Source: Capsulimonadales bacterium (lineage in GTDB: Bacteria > Armatimonadota > Armatimonadia > Armatimonadales > Armatimonadaceae). From it: a stretch of 42,171 nt of DNA. Under the pieces are notes generated by a model. That model saw nothing but the letters and a program-made list of their open reading frames with translations. It was not told the origin of the DNA and did not search any database. The translations under genes were made by a program, and so were the position numbers. Positions 1 to 10,029 of this stretch are shown here, piece after piece. Each line of letters begins with the position of its first letter. The first letter of the stretch is position 1. The stretch covers positions 1 through 42,171 of the forward strand of contig JANRLW010000004.1 of assembly GCA_033762295.1 (NCBI GenBank). Direction: 5' to 3'.

Positions 1-64
1 GAAACGAGGCAGCGGCGACAATACTGAGCGGGCAACTGTTTGGGAAGATAGCACGGGGCCAGGA
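1..64 (+). rRNA. rrf: 5S rRNA, 3' half (truncated by window start)
   Basis: GAAAC..GCGGCGACAATACTG..GGG..GGGAAGATAGCACG..GCCAGGA is colinear with the 3' half of bacterial/plastid 5S rRNAs and is followed directly by a strong terminator. Confidence 0.8.
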
Positions 65-78
65 ATTGATGTCAAGAG

Positions 79-124
79 AGCCTGCACCTCTCGGGGGAAC
101 CCCCGAAGAGGAGCAGGCTTTTTT
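79..124 (+). terminator. Rho-independent terminator after 5S rRNA
   Basis: AGCCTGC-A-CCTC-TCGGGGG-AA-CCCCCGA-A-GAGG-A-GCAGGCT long hairpin followed by a T run. Confidence 0.85.
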
Positions 125-212
125 GCCATTTGGAACCTCTCCCCTGCCACCCGACGCAGCCCCCTTGACCGTTCCCCCCGGTGCGTTGGCGCACCGGGGG
201 ACGGATCGCGGG

Positions 213-1616
213 TTATTTCAGCCAGGGAAGCAACAGGGACGCCAGCCAGAGGAAGACGGCAAAGCCGATCACATCCTGGAATGCCGTCTCAAACGGTCCC
301 GCCGTCGTCGCCGGGTCGAATCCCGCCCGCTTCGACAGCATCGGGATGACCGTGCCCATAATGCTCGCCGTCAGCATCGAGCAGGTCATCGCGCCGCCGA
401 TGACGATCCCGAAGGTGAAATGACGCGCCCAGAGCGCGCCGATCCCACCCAGAACGACTCCGCAGGCTACCGCCATCAATAGCGCCGTCTGGGCCTCCTT
501 GCGTACCGCTCGACTCATCTGAGAGACCGAAACATGCCCGGTGTCCAGACCACGCACGATGATCGCCGCCGCCTGCAGACCGACATTTCCCGAGATCGCG
601 GAAATGACCGGCATGAAGGATGCCAGCAGGATTACCTCGCGCAATACCCAGTCGTAGCGTGAGATGACCACGCCCGCCATCAGTTCGATCGCCATCGTCC
701 CGAGAAGCCAGGGTAAGCGAAGTCGCGCGACCTGGATCGGCGACCGGCGCTCCATCTCCTCAGCGTCGGACCCGACAAGTTTCATGTAGTCTTCGTTGAA
801 GGATTCGACGAGGACGTCCACGACGTCGTCGACGGTGATGATACCGGCCAGGTTACCCTGACGGTCCAGAACCGGCAACGCGTTCAGGTCGTACTTCGAT
901 ATCAGGTTGGCGGCCTTTTCCCGGTCGGTATCGACCGTGACCGTGATCGGTTCCGGCAACATGATTTCACGGACCGGGCGCGAAGGTTCGGAGCGAACCA
1001 GTTCACGAAGACCGACGACACCGACCAGCGACTCCTCACCGCCACCGCGCGGACTGGTGACGTAGACGGTGGAAAGCATTTCCACATCCTCCGCCGCCGT
1101 ACGAATGGCAGCAAAGGCGTCGTCGACCGTGGCGGTCGCCGAGACCCGGACGTATTTGTCCGTCATCAGACGTCCGGCAGTCTTCTCCTCGTACGAAAGA
1201 AGCTCCCGGACCTCGGCCGCATCGGCGGGGGCGCGCGCCTCCAATTCGTCGAGCAGCTCCTCGGCGCGTTCGGGGTCGTTCTCGGCGGCTTCCGCGACGA
1301 CGCGCGCGGCATCGTCCATCGGCAACAGGTCGAGCAGGCCGGCGATCCGCCCCGGAACATCATGGTCCAGGAGGTATCGCTGTGTCTCGGTATCGAGTTC
1401 GTCGAGAACCTCGGCGGCGCGTGCGTTGTCCAGCATCGAGAAAACGGACAGAGCGTCCGCATCCGCGAGATGGGTCATCGCTTCCGCGATATCGGCAGGG
1501 TGGACTCCGTGGAGGGCGACGACGAGAGCGTCGCCGCGTACCGGCTCATCAGCGGCATGGTCGCGCAACACGACGGACAGCCGCTGAACGAGCTCTACAC
1601 GCTCTTCGGCGGACAT
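213..1616 (-). CDS. mgtE: Magnesium transporter MgtE
   Basis: MgtE N-domain (HPADIAE), CBS pair (TAGRLMT..GIITVDDVVD), TM domain (RLPWL, SGNVGLQ, DPATTAGPFETAFQDVIG). Start moved to ATG 1616, which follows AAGGGA. Confidence 0.95.
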   Translation of the reverse strand: MSAEERVELVQRLSVVLRDHAADEPVRGDALVVALHGVHPADIAEAMTHLADADALSVFSMLDNARAAEVLDELDTETQRYLLDHDVPGRIAGLLDLLPMDDAARVVAEAAENDPERAEELLDELEARAPADAAEVRELLSYEEKTAGRLMTDKYVRVSATATVDDAFAAIRTAAEDVEMLSTVYVTSPRGGGEESLVGVVGLRELVRSEPSRPVREIMLPEPITVTVDTDREKAANLISKYDLNALPVLDRQGNLAGIITVDDVVDVLVESFNEDYMKLVGSDAEEMERRSPIQVARLRLPWLLGTMAIELMAGVVISRYDWVLREVILLASFMPVISAISGNVGLQAAAIIVRGLDTGHVSVSQMSRAVRKEAQTALLMAVACGVVLGGIGALWARHFTFGIVIGGAMTCSMLTASIMGTVIPMLSKRAGFDPATTAGPFETAFQDVIGFAVFLWLASLLLPWLK

Positions 1617-2039
1617 AGCATTTCCCTTTCTGCGATCTGGGAACGCCGCACAGGCGCAAACGCGGTTTGCGCTCGGAGATGGGGCCACGCAAAAGGGGAC
1701 GACGCATCACGGGGCGGGAGCGCGGGCGCTCCCTGGAAGACGGATTACCGCGTTCGGAGAGGGAGACCGTGCCACCGCAGAGGTCCGCAAACGGTTCCCT
1801 CCGCACGACCCTCACCGCACCTGTGCAGCGAAGGACTACTGGCGTTTCCTGACATGGATTTGGAATTTACATCGTTCCGGGCGTCAACCAACCCGTACCC
1901 GTTTGTGCGAAGTATCGGACGGCGGAACACAGGATTATACCGCAGATTCCCCGCCGTACAACGAAAAGGACGGGAATCCTTTCGGAAGGTGCCCTGGAAA
2001 GCGCAAACTCGATCGGTGCGACGTATAGTAGGATTATCC

Positions 2040-2789
2040 ATGTATCGCGTTTTACTGATCCGACCGGAACGGGATGGGTTGAGCAAGGCCGACGAGTCGG
2101 TGCTGCTCCGACTTCTGACCGATGCCGGTTTCACCCTGCGAACGACCCCGCTGGGCGAGGTGGGCGAAGGCACCGAATCGCTCTGTTTCGCGTTCGACGG
2201 CCGTCCGCCGCATCTCCTTCTGGTCGACCTGACCGCACCCGCCTCGGTGCCGATCGGTTCGTTGCCACTCCGCCATATTCAGCGACTGCAGAGGGAGGCC
2301 TGGGGCGAGGAGGCCGAACCGTTGCCATTGATTGCCCTGATGACGTCCGGACACCTCGGCAACCGGGAATGGTTTTCGTTCATCGATGATTTTCTGATGC
2401 CGCCGCACGCCCCGGACGAACTGGTGGCGCGGATCCGGTTCCTGCTGTTTCGGCGTCAGCATATCGCGGAACGGGATGTCGTTCGTTATCAGGACCTCAC
2501 CCTCTTCATTTCGGAAGCAAAAGCCGTCGGTTCCGACGGTACGCCGATTCCTCTCACGCCGAAGGAGTATGCGCTGTTGAGGTTTCTGGTGACGCACCGG
2601 GGGCGGTTTTACTCACGGGAGCGGCTGATCGACTTCGTCTGGGGGGCCGATTTCGAGGGCGGCCCACGAACGATCGATATCCATATCCGGCGGCTGCGAA
2701 TGAAACTGCCTCCGACGGTGACCGAACGACTGGAGAATCGACGTGGAGTCGGCTACGGATTTATCGGGGAGACCGCTCGCGGAAAATGA
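2040..2789 (+). CDS. OmpR/PhoB-family winged-helix regulator with atypical receiver domain
   Basis: C-terminal LTPKEYALLRFL..SRERLIDFVWG..PRTIDIHIRRLRMKL..RGVGYGF. Start taken at ATG 2040 (MYRVLLI). Confidence 0.9.
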   Translation: MYRVLLIRPERDGLSKADESVLLRLLTDAGFTLRTTPLGEVGEGTESLCFAFDGRPPHLLLVDLTAPASVPIGSLPLRHIQRLQREAWGEEAEPLPLIALMTSGHLGNREWFSFIDDFLMPPHAPDELVARIRFLLFRRQHIAERDVVRYQDLTLFISEAKAVGSDGTPIPLTPKEYALLRFLVTHRGRFYSRERLIDFVWGADFEGGPRTIDIHIRRLRMKLPPTVTERLENRRGVGYGFIGETARGK

Positions 2790-2829
2790 GACCGGGACCC
2801 CGAGCGACGGAATCCGTTCGGTGCGGGAT

Positions 2830-4851
2830 TCAACCGACCTCCGCGCCTTCCGCCGATCCGGCGCCCGCCAGCGAGCGCAGCAGTTCGGCGACGCTCCATG
2901 CCTGCCACGGACATCCGTTCGGATGATGCGGCGCATCCCCGTCAAAAACCTCGGCTAATCCCCCGACGCCGTACTCCTCCAGGTGACCAAGAAGCGGAGC
3001 GGTCAACTCACTGACATTTGCATTCGCCCCGTGAACCCGACGGAAAAGATCGAGGTAGGCCCCCAGAAGCCAGGGCCAGACCGTTCCCTGATGGTAACTG
3101 CTGTCCCGTTCGTTGGGACCGCCCTGGTAACGACCGCGATAGGCCGGGTCGGCAGGCGAGAGCGTTCGAAGACCGAACGGCGTGAGAAGCTCCTCCGTCG
3201 CGACCTTCAGTACCGCTACCAGGACGTCGGGCGAAAGACCGATGCGCGGCAGGGCGGCGGCAAGCACCTGATTCGGACGAACGGTCGGGTCCGGCTTCCC
3301 ATCCGGGCGAATCCCGTCGTAAAGCCCCCGACCATCGGCACGGACGAACCGCTCCACAAACGAGGCTCCGGCAAGCGCCGCCAGATCCCGGTAGGGCCGG
3401 GCCGCCTCCTTCGGGGACCATTCAGCAACGATCAGGAGGGCGTTGATCCACAGCGCATTGATCTCCACGGCTTTGCCGGCGCGCGGGGTGACCGAGATCC
3501 CGGCAACCCGGGCATCCATCCACGTCAGGTTCCCGCCCGGATCGTCCGCGCTCAAAAGACCGTCCTGCGGATCCATCCGGATGCCGAATCGGGTGCCTGT
3601 CCGGTGCGTCTGAAGAATGGTGACAAGCGTCGGAAGCAGTTCCTCCCGGAAGGCCCGATCGCGGCCGACACGGGCGTAACGGTCACACGCATGAACGAAC
3701 CAGAGCGTCGCATCGACCGTGTTGTATTCGGGAGTGGCGTTCGCGTCCGGGAAGCGGTTGGGAATCATCCCTTCCGACACATGGGCGGCGAAATCGCGCA
3801 GGATCTCCCGGGCGACGCTTTTCCGGCCGGTCGCCAGGGTCAACCCCGACAGAGAGATCATCGTGTCCCGCCCCCAGTCCGTGAACCAGGGGTAGCCCGC
3901 CAGGATCGTCTGCCGACCGTCGGGCGTCCGGATCAGGAACTGATCCGCGTTCAACGCCAGGCTGCGCTGGGCGACCGGAGAATGCTCGTCATCCAGTTTG
4001 GCGGTCTTGAGCACGGCGCTCAGGTGGCGGAGCGTTTCGCGGTAGGCGACGCTTCCCGTCTGGGGCGTTTCCTTCTCGATGGTGGCGACCAGATAAACGG
4101 AGCGTCCCGGCTGAATCGTCACCCTGGCCACCGTCGGGCAGAAAACGTCCTCATGAAAGTCGAAGCCCCGCTCTCGCTCGCGCTCGTGCACGACGTTGTC
4201 ATGCCACCAGTGAGCCGGCTCGAACGAGTACGGAGCCTTTTGCTGCGTTTCCAGCGTCAGCATCACCCGGGGAGCGTCCCAGACCGCCTGAAACAGCCAG
4301 CCCGAGCGATCCGGAAGAGGTTCCGACCGCATCGGAAATCCGGGAAACGCATGCATCTCGGTGTGGTAGGTCTTCCACGTCATGAGTGGAAGCATCTCCA
4401 GGACGACGGGGTCTTTCGCTTCCGGTACCGAGTAGTGGACGTAAACCGTGTTCCGTTCCCTGGCCAGAAAGATGGACTTCACCAGGGTCGTTCCGCCCGG
4501 AAGATGGTAAACCCAGGTCGGCGTCGGATACGGCGCAAAATGATGAAGGTGGTTGTAACCCTGCGGATGGATCGTTCCGTTCGGGTAGCGATTGGCCGAA
4601 AGTTCGAAGGTGTCGCCCTGGCAGGTCACCCGTTCCTCGACCTTACTGATCAGGGTCATCCGGCCGTAAGGCTCCGGCAGCATCGCGACCAGGTAGCCAT
4701 GGTACCGCCGGGTATTCGCGCCGGAGAGGGTACCGGACGCATAACCGCCGACACCGTTCACCGTCAGAAACTCGCGCCGGGAAAGGAGATCGAACCGATC
4801 CTGACCTTCGGTCGCCGTCGGAATATCGAATGATAGGCGGGAAACGGACAC
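2830..4851 (-). CDS. Glycogen debranching enzyme (amylo-alpha-1,6-glucosidase, GDE_N + GDE_C)
   Basis: EFLTVNGVGGYASGT, NTRRYHG, AGYPWFTDWGRDTMIS, TWMDA, YHQGTVWPW, GCPWQAWSVAE. Confidence 0.93.
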   Translation of the reverse strand: MSVSRLSFDIPTATEGQDRFDLLSRREFLTVNGVGGYASGTLSGANTRRYHGYLVAMLPEPYGRMTLISKVEERVTCQGDTFELSANRYPNGTIHPQGYNHLHHFAPYPTPTWVYHLPGGTTLVKSIFLARERNTVYVHYSVPEAKDPVVLEMLPLMTWKTYHTEMHAFPGFPMRSEPLPDRSGWLFQAVWDAPRVMLTLETQQKAPYSFEPAHWWHDNVVHERERERGFDFHEDVFCPTVARVTIQPGRSVYLVATIEKETPQTGSVAYRETLRHLSAVLKTAKLDDEHSPVAQRSLALNADQFLIRTPDGRQTILAGYPWFTDWGRDTMISLSGLTLATGRKSVAREILRDFAAHVSEGMIPNRFPDANATPEYNTVDATLWFVHACDRYARVGRDRAFREELLPTLVTILQTHRTGTRFGIRMDPQDGLLSADDPGGNLTWMDARVAGISVTPRAGKAVEINALWINALLIVAEWSPKEAARPYRDLAALAGASFVERFVRADGRGLYDGIRPDGKPDPTVRPNQVLAAALPRIGLSPDVLVAVLKVATEELLTPFGLRTLSPADPAYRGRYQGGPNERDSSYHQGTVWPWLLGAYLDLFRRVHGANANVSELTAPLLGHLEEYGVGGLAEVFDGDAPHHPNGCPWQAWSVAELLRSLAGAGSAEGAEVG

Positions 4852-4953
4852 GTCCTGGAAGCGCTCCTGAAAATGTTTGTCCCGGAAGTATAACCGTTCG
4901 GGCCGAATAAATCAAGCACCGGAGACCCATTCCCCCCGAAACCCGTCGAAGAC

Positions 4954-5769
4954 CTATACTCCGGGAGCCATCGGCAGGCGGTTCCGTCGCTCCTCCCGTT
5001 GCCAGTATCGGGAGCAGTGCGGCAAAAAGTCACAGTGCGGGCAGTGGTCGTTCGGCACGGGCTTCACGGACTCCCAGTCCTTCGACCGGATCTCCTCGCC
5101 GGTTTCGGCGCATTCGGCTGTCAGGGAGAGACGATCGGTCTCGGGAAGTTCGTAGGATGCCTTCGCTCCGGTCCGCAGAGCGACCAGGGTCGAAAATACC
5201 CGGCGGTCCGGGTGCCGCGCCTTCAGCAGAACCTGGTAGATATTCAGAGCCAGCGACGAAGAGACATCCTCCACCGAGACCGTCTCCCGCCCCGATTTGT
5301 AATCGACGATTTCCAGACTGCCATCCGGGTGCTCGTCCACCCGGTCGATCCGTCCCGAAAGCGCGATTTCCGGGGTCAGGTCGATCCGCAACGTTTTTTC
5401 GGCGTAAAGGAGAACCGGAGGCGGTGCGGTTTGGAGAGCGTCCCGCGCCGCGACCTGCGCCGCGTGATACTCGCGCAGGATTCTGGCGCCCTCCTCACGA
5501 AACTGCGCCTCCTGCTCCTCTCCCTGGTAACCTTTCGCCACCCAGAGCGTCTCCAGCGAATCGGTGAGCGCCTGTTCGGAGACAGTTTCCGAACCGCCGG
5601 CCGCATGGAACGCCTCCAGCGCACGATGAAGCGAGTGTCCGAACGCGTGACCGGCACGCGCCCGATGATACAGTCGGCCGAGCTTATCGATATATTCCAG
5701 CCGATATTCGGCCGGACAGCGAAAATACATACGCAGTCGGGTGGGGGACAGGACGAACTTTCTGGCCAA
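4954..5769 (-). CDS. Stand-alone PD-(D/E)XK (RecB/AddB/Cas4-like) nuclease with 4-Cys motif
   Basis: SPTRL..CP, G..LHRALE, E..GRIDRVD..IVDYKSG, C-terminal CPHCDFLPHC. TTG start at 5769 after AAGGGAG. Confidence 0.85.
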   Translation of the reverse strand: MARKFVLSPTRLRMYFRCPAEYRLEYIDKLGRLYHRARAGHAFGHSLHRALEAFHAAGGSETVSEQALTDSLETLWVAKGYQGEEQEAQFREEGARILREYHAAQVAARDALQTAPPPVLLYAEKTLRIDLTPEIALSGRIDRVDEHPDGSLEIVDYKSGRETVSVEDVSSSLALNIYQVLLKARHPDRRVFSTLVALRTGAKASYELPETDRLSLTAECAETGEEIRSKDWESVKPVPNDHCPHCDFLPHCSRYWQREERRNRLPMAPGV

Positions 5770-5996
5770 GCGGCACACTCCCTTAGCGAATAAGCGGACG
5801 AAACAGATACCGTTCGCGGGTGGCGAACCGCTTTCCGCTTTCGTATAATCAAGTGTACCGTTCGTCAATGGTTCGAACGCTTTCCTGGTAATGCCCGGAC
5901 TTCGAAATCGGTCCGGACGAAAGCGCCGAAAAGTATCACAACGTTCTCCCTGGTCGTCCGTGGTTGCTCGCTCCCGCTCGGAAAAAGGAAAATCCC

Positions 5997-7232
5997 ATGT
6001 TGAAACGCTCGTCTCGTTTCGCTGTCACGTCAACGCTGCTCCCCCTGCTCGCGGTTACGGCCGGCTGCCAGTTCCTCCCGAAACAGGCGGCCGCGCCGAC
6101 CGTCGCGCCCGCTCCGACGCCGAAACCCGGCCCGCAACCGCCAAAGATCGATTATGCCCGGATACGCCCGAACGAACTCGGACAGATACCGGTCATTATG
6201 TACCATGAGATCAAGGGAACGCAGAACAAATCGCTCACTCGTTCGATTGCCGATTTTCGTAAGGATCTCGAACTGATGTACGAGGCCGGGTTCCGCCCGG
6301 TAAATCTGTCCGACGTGGTCAACGACCGGATCGACGTCCCGCCCGGAAAGTCGCCGATCGTTCTGACCTTTGACGATGCACGGGCGAGCCAGTTCCGGTT
6401 GATCGAAACGGCGAGCAGCCTGAAGGTGGATGAGGACTGCGCTGTCGGAATTATGGAAGCATTCAACAAAAAGCACCCGGACTGGGCGCTTCGCGGCACG
6501 TTCTTTGTCCTGCCGAAGTCGAAATCGACGCTCGAAACGTTCGGACAACCCGGAATGGGCGCGCAGAAAATGGCGTACCTGATCGAAAAAGGGTTTGAGA
6601 TCGGCAACCATTCGACGTCCCATAAAAGCATGCGGAAAATGACCCCCGCCCAGATTCAGCAGGAGCTCGGATACGCCAATAATATGATCCTGAGCGAGGT
6701 TCCCGACGCCCGGATCGACGTTTTCGCCGTTCCGATGGGCGTTTTCCCGAAGGACAAGACGTCCTGGCAGTACCTGCTCAAGGGGACCTACGAGGGCAAG
6801 GAGTACCGCCATAAGGCGGCCTTCGCCGCCGCCTGGCGACCGATTCCGTCCCCCGCCTCCAAAAAATATTCCCCGTATCAACTGGAGCGGATCGATTCGA
6901 TCAACGGAACGAACGGGGTGCGCGACTGGATCAAAAAGCTCACCACCACCGGTTCCGGTTATACCCGCTATGTGTCGGATGGCGATCCGAACGTCATCTC
7001 TTTTCCGAAAGGGGAAGGGAGCCTGGCCGATACGGGGAAGATCAAGGCGGGGGGGAAACTCGCCTATGCCTACGAACCGTTCGGTGGCACGGGCGGTTCG
7101 AAACCGATCATCAGCGTCGGCGGGTCCGACCCGAACGTGCAGGATCGACCGATCGATACGACGCCTCCGGGCGCGAAACGGACAACGGAAGGAACGGTCA
7201 TTTTGCAGACCCCGATCTCCAGCGGGGGATAG
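5997..7232 (+). CDS. Polysaccharide deacetylase (NodB-like) lipoprotein
   Basis: Lipobox-like LAVTAGC; PVIMYH, VLTFDDA, EIGNHSTSH. Confidence 0.85.
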   Translation: MLKRSSRFAVTSTLLPLLAVTAGCQFLPKQAAAPTVAPAPTPKPGPQPPKIDYARIRPNELGQIPVIMYHEIKGTQNKSLTRSIADFRKDLELMYEAGFRPVNLSDVVNDRIDVPPGKSPIVLTFDDARASQFRLIETASSLKVDEDCAVGIMEAFNKKHPDWALRGTFFVLPKSKSTLETFGQPGMGAQKMAYLIEKGFEIGNHSTSHKSMRKMTPAQIQQELGYANNMILSEVPDARIDVFAVPMGVFPKDKTSWQYLLKGTYEGKEYRHKAAFAAAWRPIPSPASKKYSPYQLERIDSINGTNGVRDWIKKLTTTGSGYTRYVSDGDPNVISFPKGEGSLADTGKIKAGGKLAYAYEPFGGTGGSKPIISVGGSDPNVQDRPIDTTPPGAKRTTEGTVILQTPISSGG

Positions 7233-7260
7233 TTCGTTCCTTCGGGTAGACTTTGGCTGC

Positions 7261-8853
7261 ATGAAAGTCGCAACCGCGGAACAAATGCGCGCCATCGACC
7301 GGCGCGCCATCGAAGATATGGGCGTTCCCGGCGCCGTACTGATGGAAGCGGCAGGAATCGCCTTGAAGCGAGCCTGCCAGGAACTTCTGAACGGTGAGGT
7401 CTCCGGGAAGCCCATCGCCTGTTTCTGCGGGCTGGGCAATAACGGTGGGGACGGGTTCGTGGTCGCTCGTCATCTGGCCGGTATCGGCGCGAAAATCGTC
7501 GTCTTTCTGGCAGGCTCGCCGGAGGATATTCGGGGAGACGCGCAGGTGCATTTCCGCCCCCTCCGTTCCTGCGGCGTACGGGTGGTGGAGGTGGCGTCGC
7601 CCGAGTTCGAACGCGCGATCAAGGAACCCTTCCGTCTGCTCGTGGACGCCCTGCTGGGAACCGGTGGGCGCGGTCCCCTGAACGGTCCGCTCGGACTGCT
7701 GATCACGCATCTGGTCGAACTGGCGGAGCGGGGGATTCCCGTGGTCGCCGCGGACTTGCCGTCGGGCGTCGATGCCGATACCGGTGCGCCGGTCGATTTT
7801 GTCGCCGTTCCCGCAACCCGTACCGTGACGTTCGCCCTGCCCAAGCCGGGGCTACTCCACTACCCCGGGGCCTGGTATGCCGGGCAAATCACCGTGGCCG
7901 ATATCGGATTGCCTCGCTCACTCCTGACCGATAATCCCTCGCTGCAGTTCGAATTGACCGTCCGGGAGTCCGTCCGCGCCCTCCTGCCGGAACGGAAGCA
8001 GACGCGGGACAGCAATAAGGGGACGTACGGCTCCGTTCTGGTCATCGCCGGTTCGCAGGGGATGATTGGCGCGGCGACCCTGACCGCCTCTTCGGCTTTG
8101 CGGGCCGGGGCCGGCCTGGTACAGCTGGCAGTTCCGGAAAGTCTGGTGCCGGTCGCCGCACAACTCGTTCCCGAGGTGATCGTTCGCGGGTTGCCGGAAA
8201 CGCCCGAACGGTCCCACGGCGGGCCGGACGCCGTCGATATCGCACTGGCGCTCGCCGAACGTGCGGATGCCGTCGCCATCGGACCGGGAATGGGCGGCAA
8301 CCCCGCCGTCGCTTCCTTCGTCCAACTGTTTGTCCGTCGGGTGGGAAAGCCTCTGGTCGTCGACGCCGACGCTTTGAACGCGCTGAAGACCTCGCTGACC
8401 GCCGTTCGCTATCGGGGAACCACGCCCACCGTATTGACACCGCATCCGGGGGAACTCGGAAGGCTGCTTGGAACCTCGGCGGATCGGATACAATCGGATA
8501 GACAGGAAGCCGTGTTGCGGACCGCCGCCTCTTTCAAAGCGGTGACGCTGCTGAAAGGCGCAAGAACCCTGATTGCCGCGCCGGACGGACGAATGGCGTT
8601 CAACCGAAAGGGCAGTGCGGCCCTGGCGACCGCCGGTAGCGGAGATGTTCTGACCGGAGTCATCGGCGCTCTCCTCGGCCAGGCTCTTTCGGCGTTCGAT
8701 GCCGCCCGTGCCGGGGCGTACCTGCATGCCCTGGCCGGGGAGATCGCGGCAGAGACTCTCGGTACCACCGGGGTGATCGCGACCGATGTTCGCGATCGCG
8801 TTCCCCTGGCCCGAAAAAAGCTTTACGAAAAGGATTGTGTGGACGAGCTATGA
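7261..8853 (+). CDS. nnr: Bifunctional NAD(P)H-hydrate epimerase/dehydratase (NnrE-NnrD)
   Basis: CGLGNNGGDG, DALLGTG, DLPSG, SNKGTYG, IGPGMG, VDADAL, LTPHPGE, ATAGSGDVLTG. Confidence 0.95.
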   Translation: MKVATAEQMRAIDRRAIEDMGVPGAVLMEAAGIALKRACQELLNGEVSGKPIACFCGLGNNGGDGFVVARHLAGIGAKIVVFLAGSPEDIRGDAQVHFRPLRSCGVRVVEVASPEFERAIKEPFRLLVDALLGTGGRGPLNGPLGLLITHLVELAERGIPVVAADLPSGVDADTGAPVDFVAVPATRTVTFALPKPGLLHYPGAWYAGQITVADIGLPRSLLTDNPSLQFELTVRESVRALLPERKQTRDSNKGTYGSVLVIAGSQGMIGAATLTASSALRAGAGLVQLAVPESLVPVAAQLVPEVIVRGLPETPERSHGGPDAVDIALALAERADAVAIGPGMGGNPAVASFVQLFVRRVGKPLVVDADALNALKTSLTAVRYRGTTPTVLTPHPGELGRLLGTSADRIQSDRQEAVLRTAASFKAVTLLKGARTLIAAPDGRMAFNRKGSAALATAGSGDVLTGVIGALLGQALSAFDAARAGAYLHALAGEIAAETLGTTGVIATDVRDRVPLARKKLYEKDCVDEL

Positions 8854-9932
8854 CCAAATCATCCGGTAGACTTCTGGCGATACCGATCGTGTTCGTTCTG
8901 GTCGCCCTTGCCGCCGGGGCGCAACCGCCAACGCCGCCAACGCCGACCTCTTCCGTTCCCGCCGTTCCGTCCCCGTCCCCTGCCGCCTCACCCACCGGCG
9001 CTTCGCCCGTTCCCTCTCCCGCCGCCTCCGCGACCGCCGCTCCGGCAATGCCCTCCCCGGCGACGACATTGCCGGCGTCGCCGGGAGCGTCGCCTGCCGC
9101 CGCGCCGTCCGGAGCACCGTCCGGCGAACCGTCGGGCGAACCGTCGACACCGGTTGAAACGGCCGCTTCGTCCGCCACCCCCGCCGTCGCACCGACCGCG
9201 ACCCCGCTGGTGCTCTTTCCAACCACCCCGGGACCGTTGCCCTCCGGGATTTCCGCCTCCGGCAACCCGACCGTCATCGTGGTCAACACACAACCGACCC
9301 AGACCGGTCCGACTGCCAATAGCTGGATTCCCGGTCTGATCGGCATCGGATTGCTCGCCGTAGCCATCACGGTCGGCGTGCGGATCGCCCGACAGCGGGG
9401 GCTGACGGTCGAAAGCGGTTTGAAACAGCTCGGCGTGGACCTGCCGCAGGACGGAATCGCCAGCGTTCCCGCCTCCCGCCCGGCTCCGGCGAACGAACCT
9501 CCGTTGCCGTCGCTGTCCGACCTGCCGCCCCCACAGCCGGCCCAACCCGCTCCCCCCTCGATGCCGATCTCCTCATTGAAGCCCAAAGTCGTCGACGCGC
9601 CCCGACCCATGCCCGTCGCCGATCCGGGACGTGCCACGACCGCAGGAGCGAACCTGCTCGGGCTGAACGGCAGTGTGGTCGGAGAGGTCTTTCCGTTCGA
9701 AAGCGAAATGACGATCGGCCGTGAGAAAGATAACAGCCTTTCTTTACCGGGTGAGGGGACGGTTTCCCGACGGCACGCCCGTATTGAAGAGGAGAACGGC
9801 GCCTGGATCGTCACGGACCTGGGCTCGAGCAACGGAACCTACATCAATGGCAAGCGTTTGACCGCGCCTCAGGCGCTCCGGCGCGGCGATGAGGTGCAGT
9901 TCGGTTCGTTACGCTTCCGTTTCGAAGCCTAA
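8850..9932 (+). CDS. Membrane protein: signal peptide, Pro/Ser/Ala-rich linker, TM helix, C-terminal FHA domain
   Basis: ATGA overlap with the nnr stop; FHA motifs IGR, VSRRHA, DLGSSNGT. Confidence 0.88.
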   Translation: MTKSSGRLLAIPIVFVLVALAAGAQPPTPPTPTSSVPAVPSPSPAASPTGASPVPSPAASATAAPAMPSPATTLPASPGASPAAAPSGAPSGEPSGEPSTPVETAASSATPAVAPTATPLVLFPTTPGPLPSGISASGNPTVIVVNTQPTQTGPTANSWIPGLIGIGLLAVAITVGVRIARQRGLTVESGLKQLGVDLPQDGIASVPASRPAPANEPPLPSLSDLPPPQPAQPAPPSMPISSLKPKVVDAPRPMPVADPGRATTAGANLLGLNGSVVGEVFPFESEMTIGREKDNSLSLPGEGTVSRRHARIEEENGAWIVTDLGSSNGTYINGKRLTAPQALRRGDEVQFGSLRFRFEA

Positions 9933-10029
9933 CCTTTACGGCCGGATAACCGACAAGGAAAAAGGGGACGCAACGGGAAGATTCCGAGAAGAGACGTTCA
10001 CCCGGCGGAGGATGCGATGAGGATCACCC

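Noticed and set aside
66..124. TTGAT plus hairpin as an IS200/IS605 end
   Set aside because: Better explained as the terminator after 5S rRNA; no tnpA/tnpB nearby.
1362..2039. Long N-terminal extensions in the ORF track (also 6970-7260, 18220-18561, 22293-22595, 24898-25110)
   Set aside because: They overlap neighbouring genes or promoters; family similarity begins at the later starts.
4954..5868. CRISPR-Cas locus suggested by the Cas4-like nuclease
   Set aside because: No repeat-spacer array or other cas genes seen in the window.
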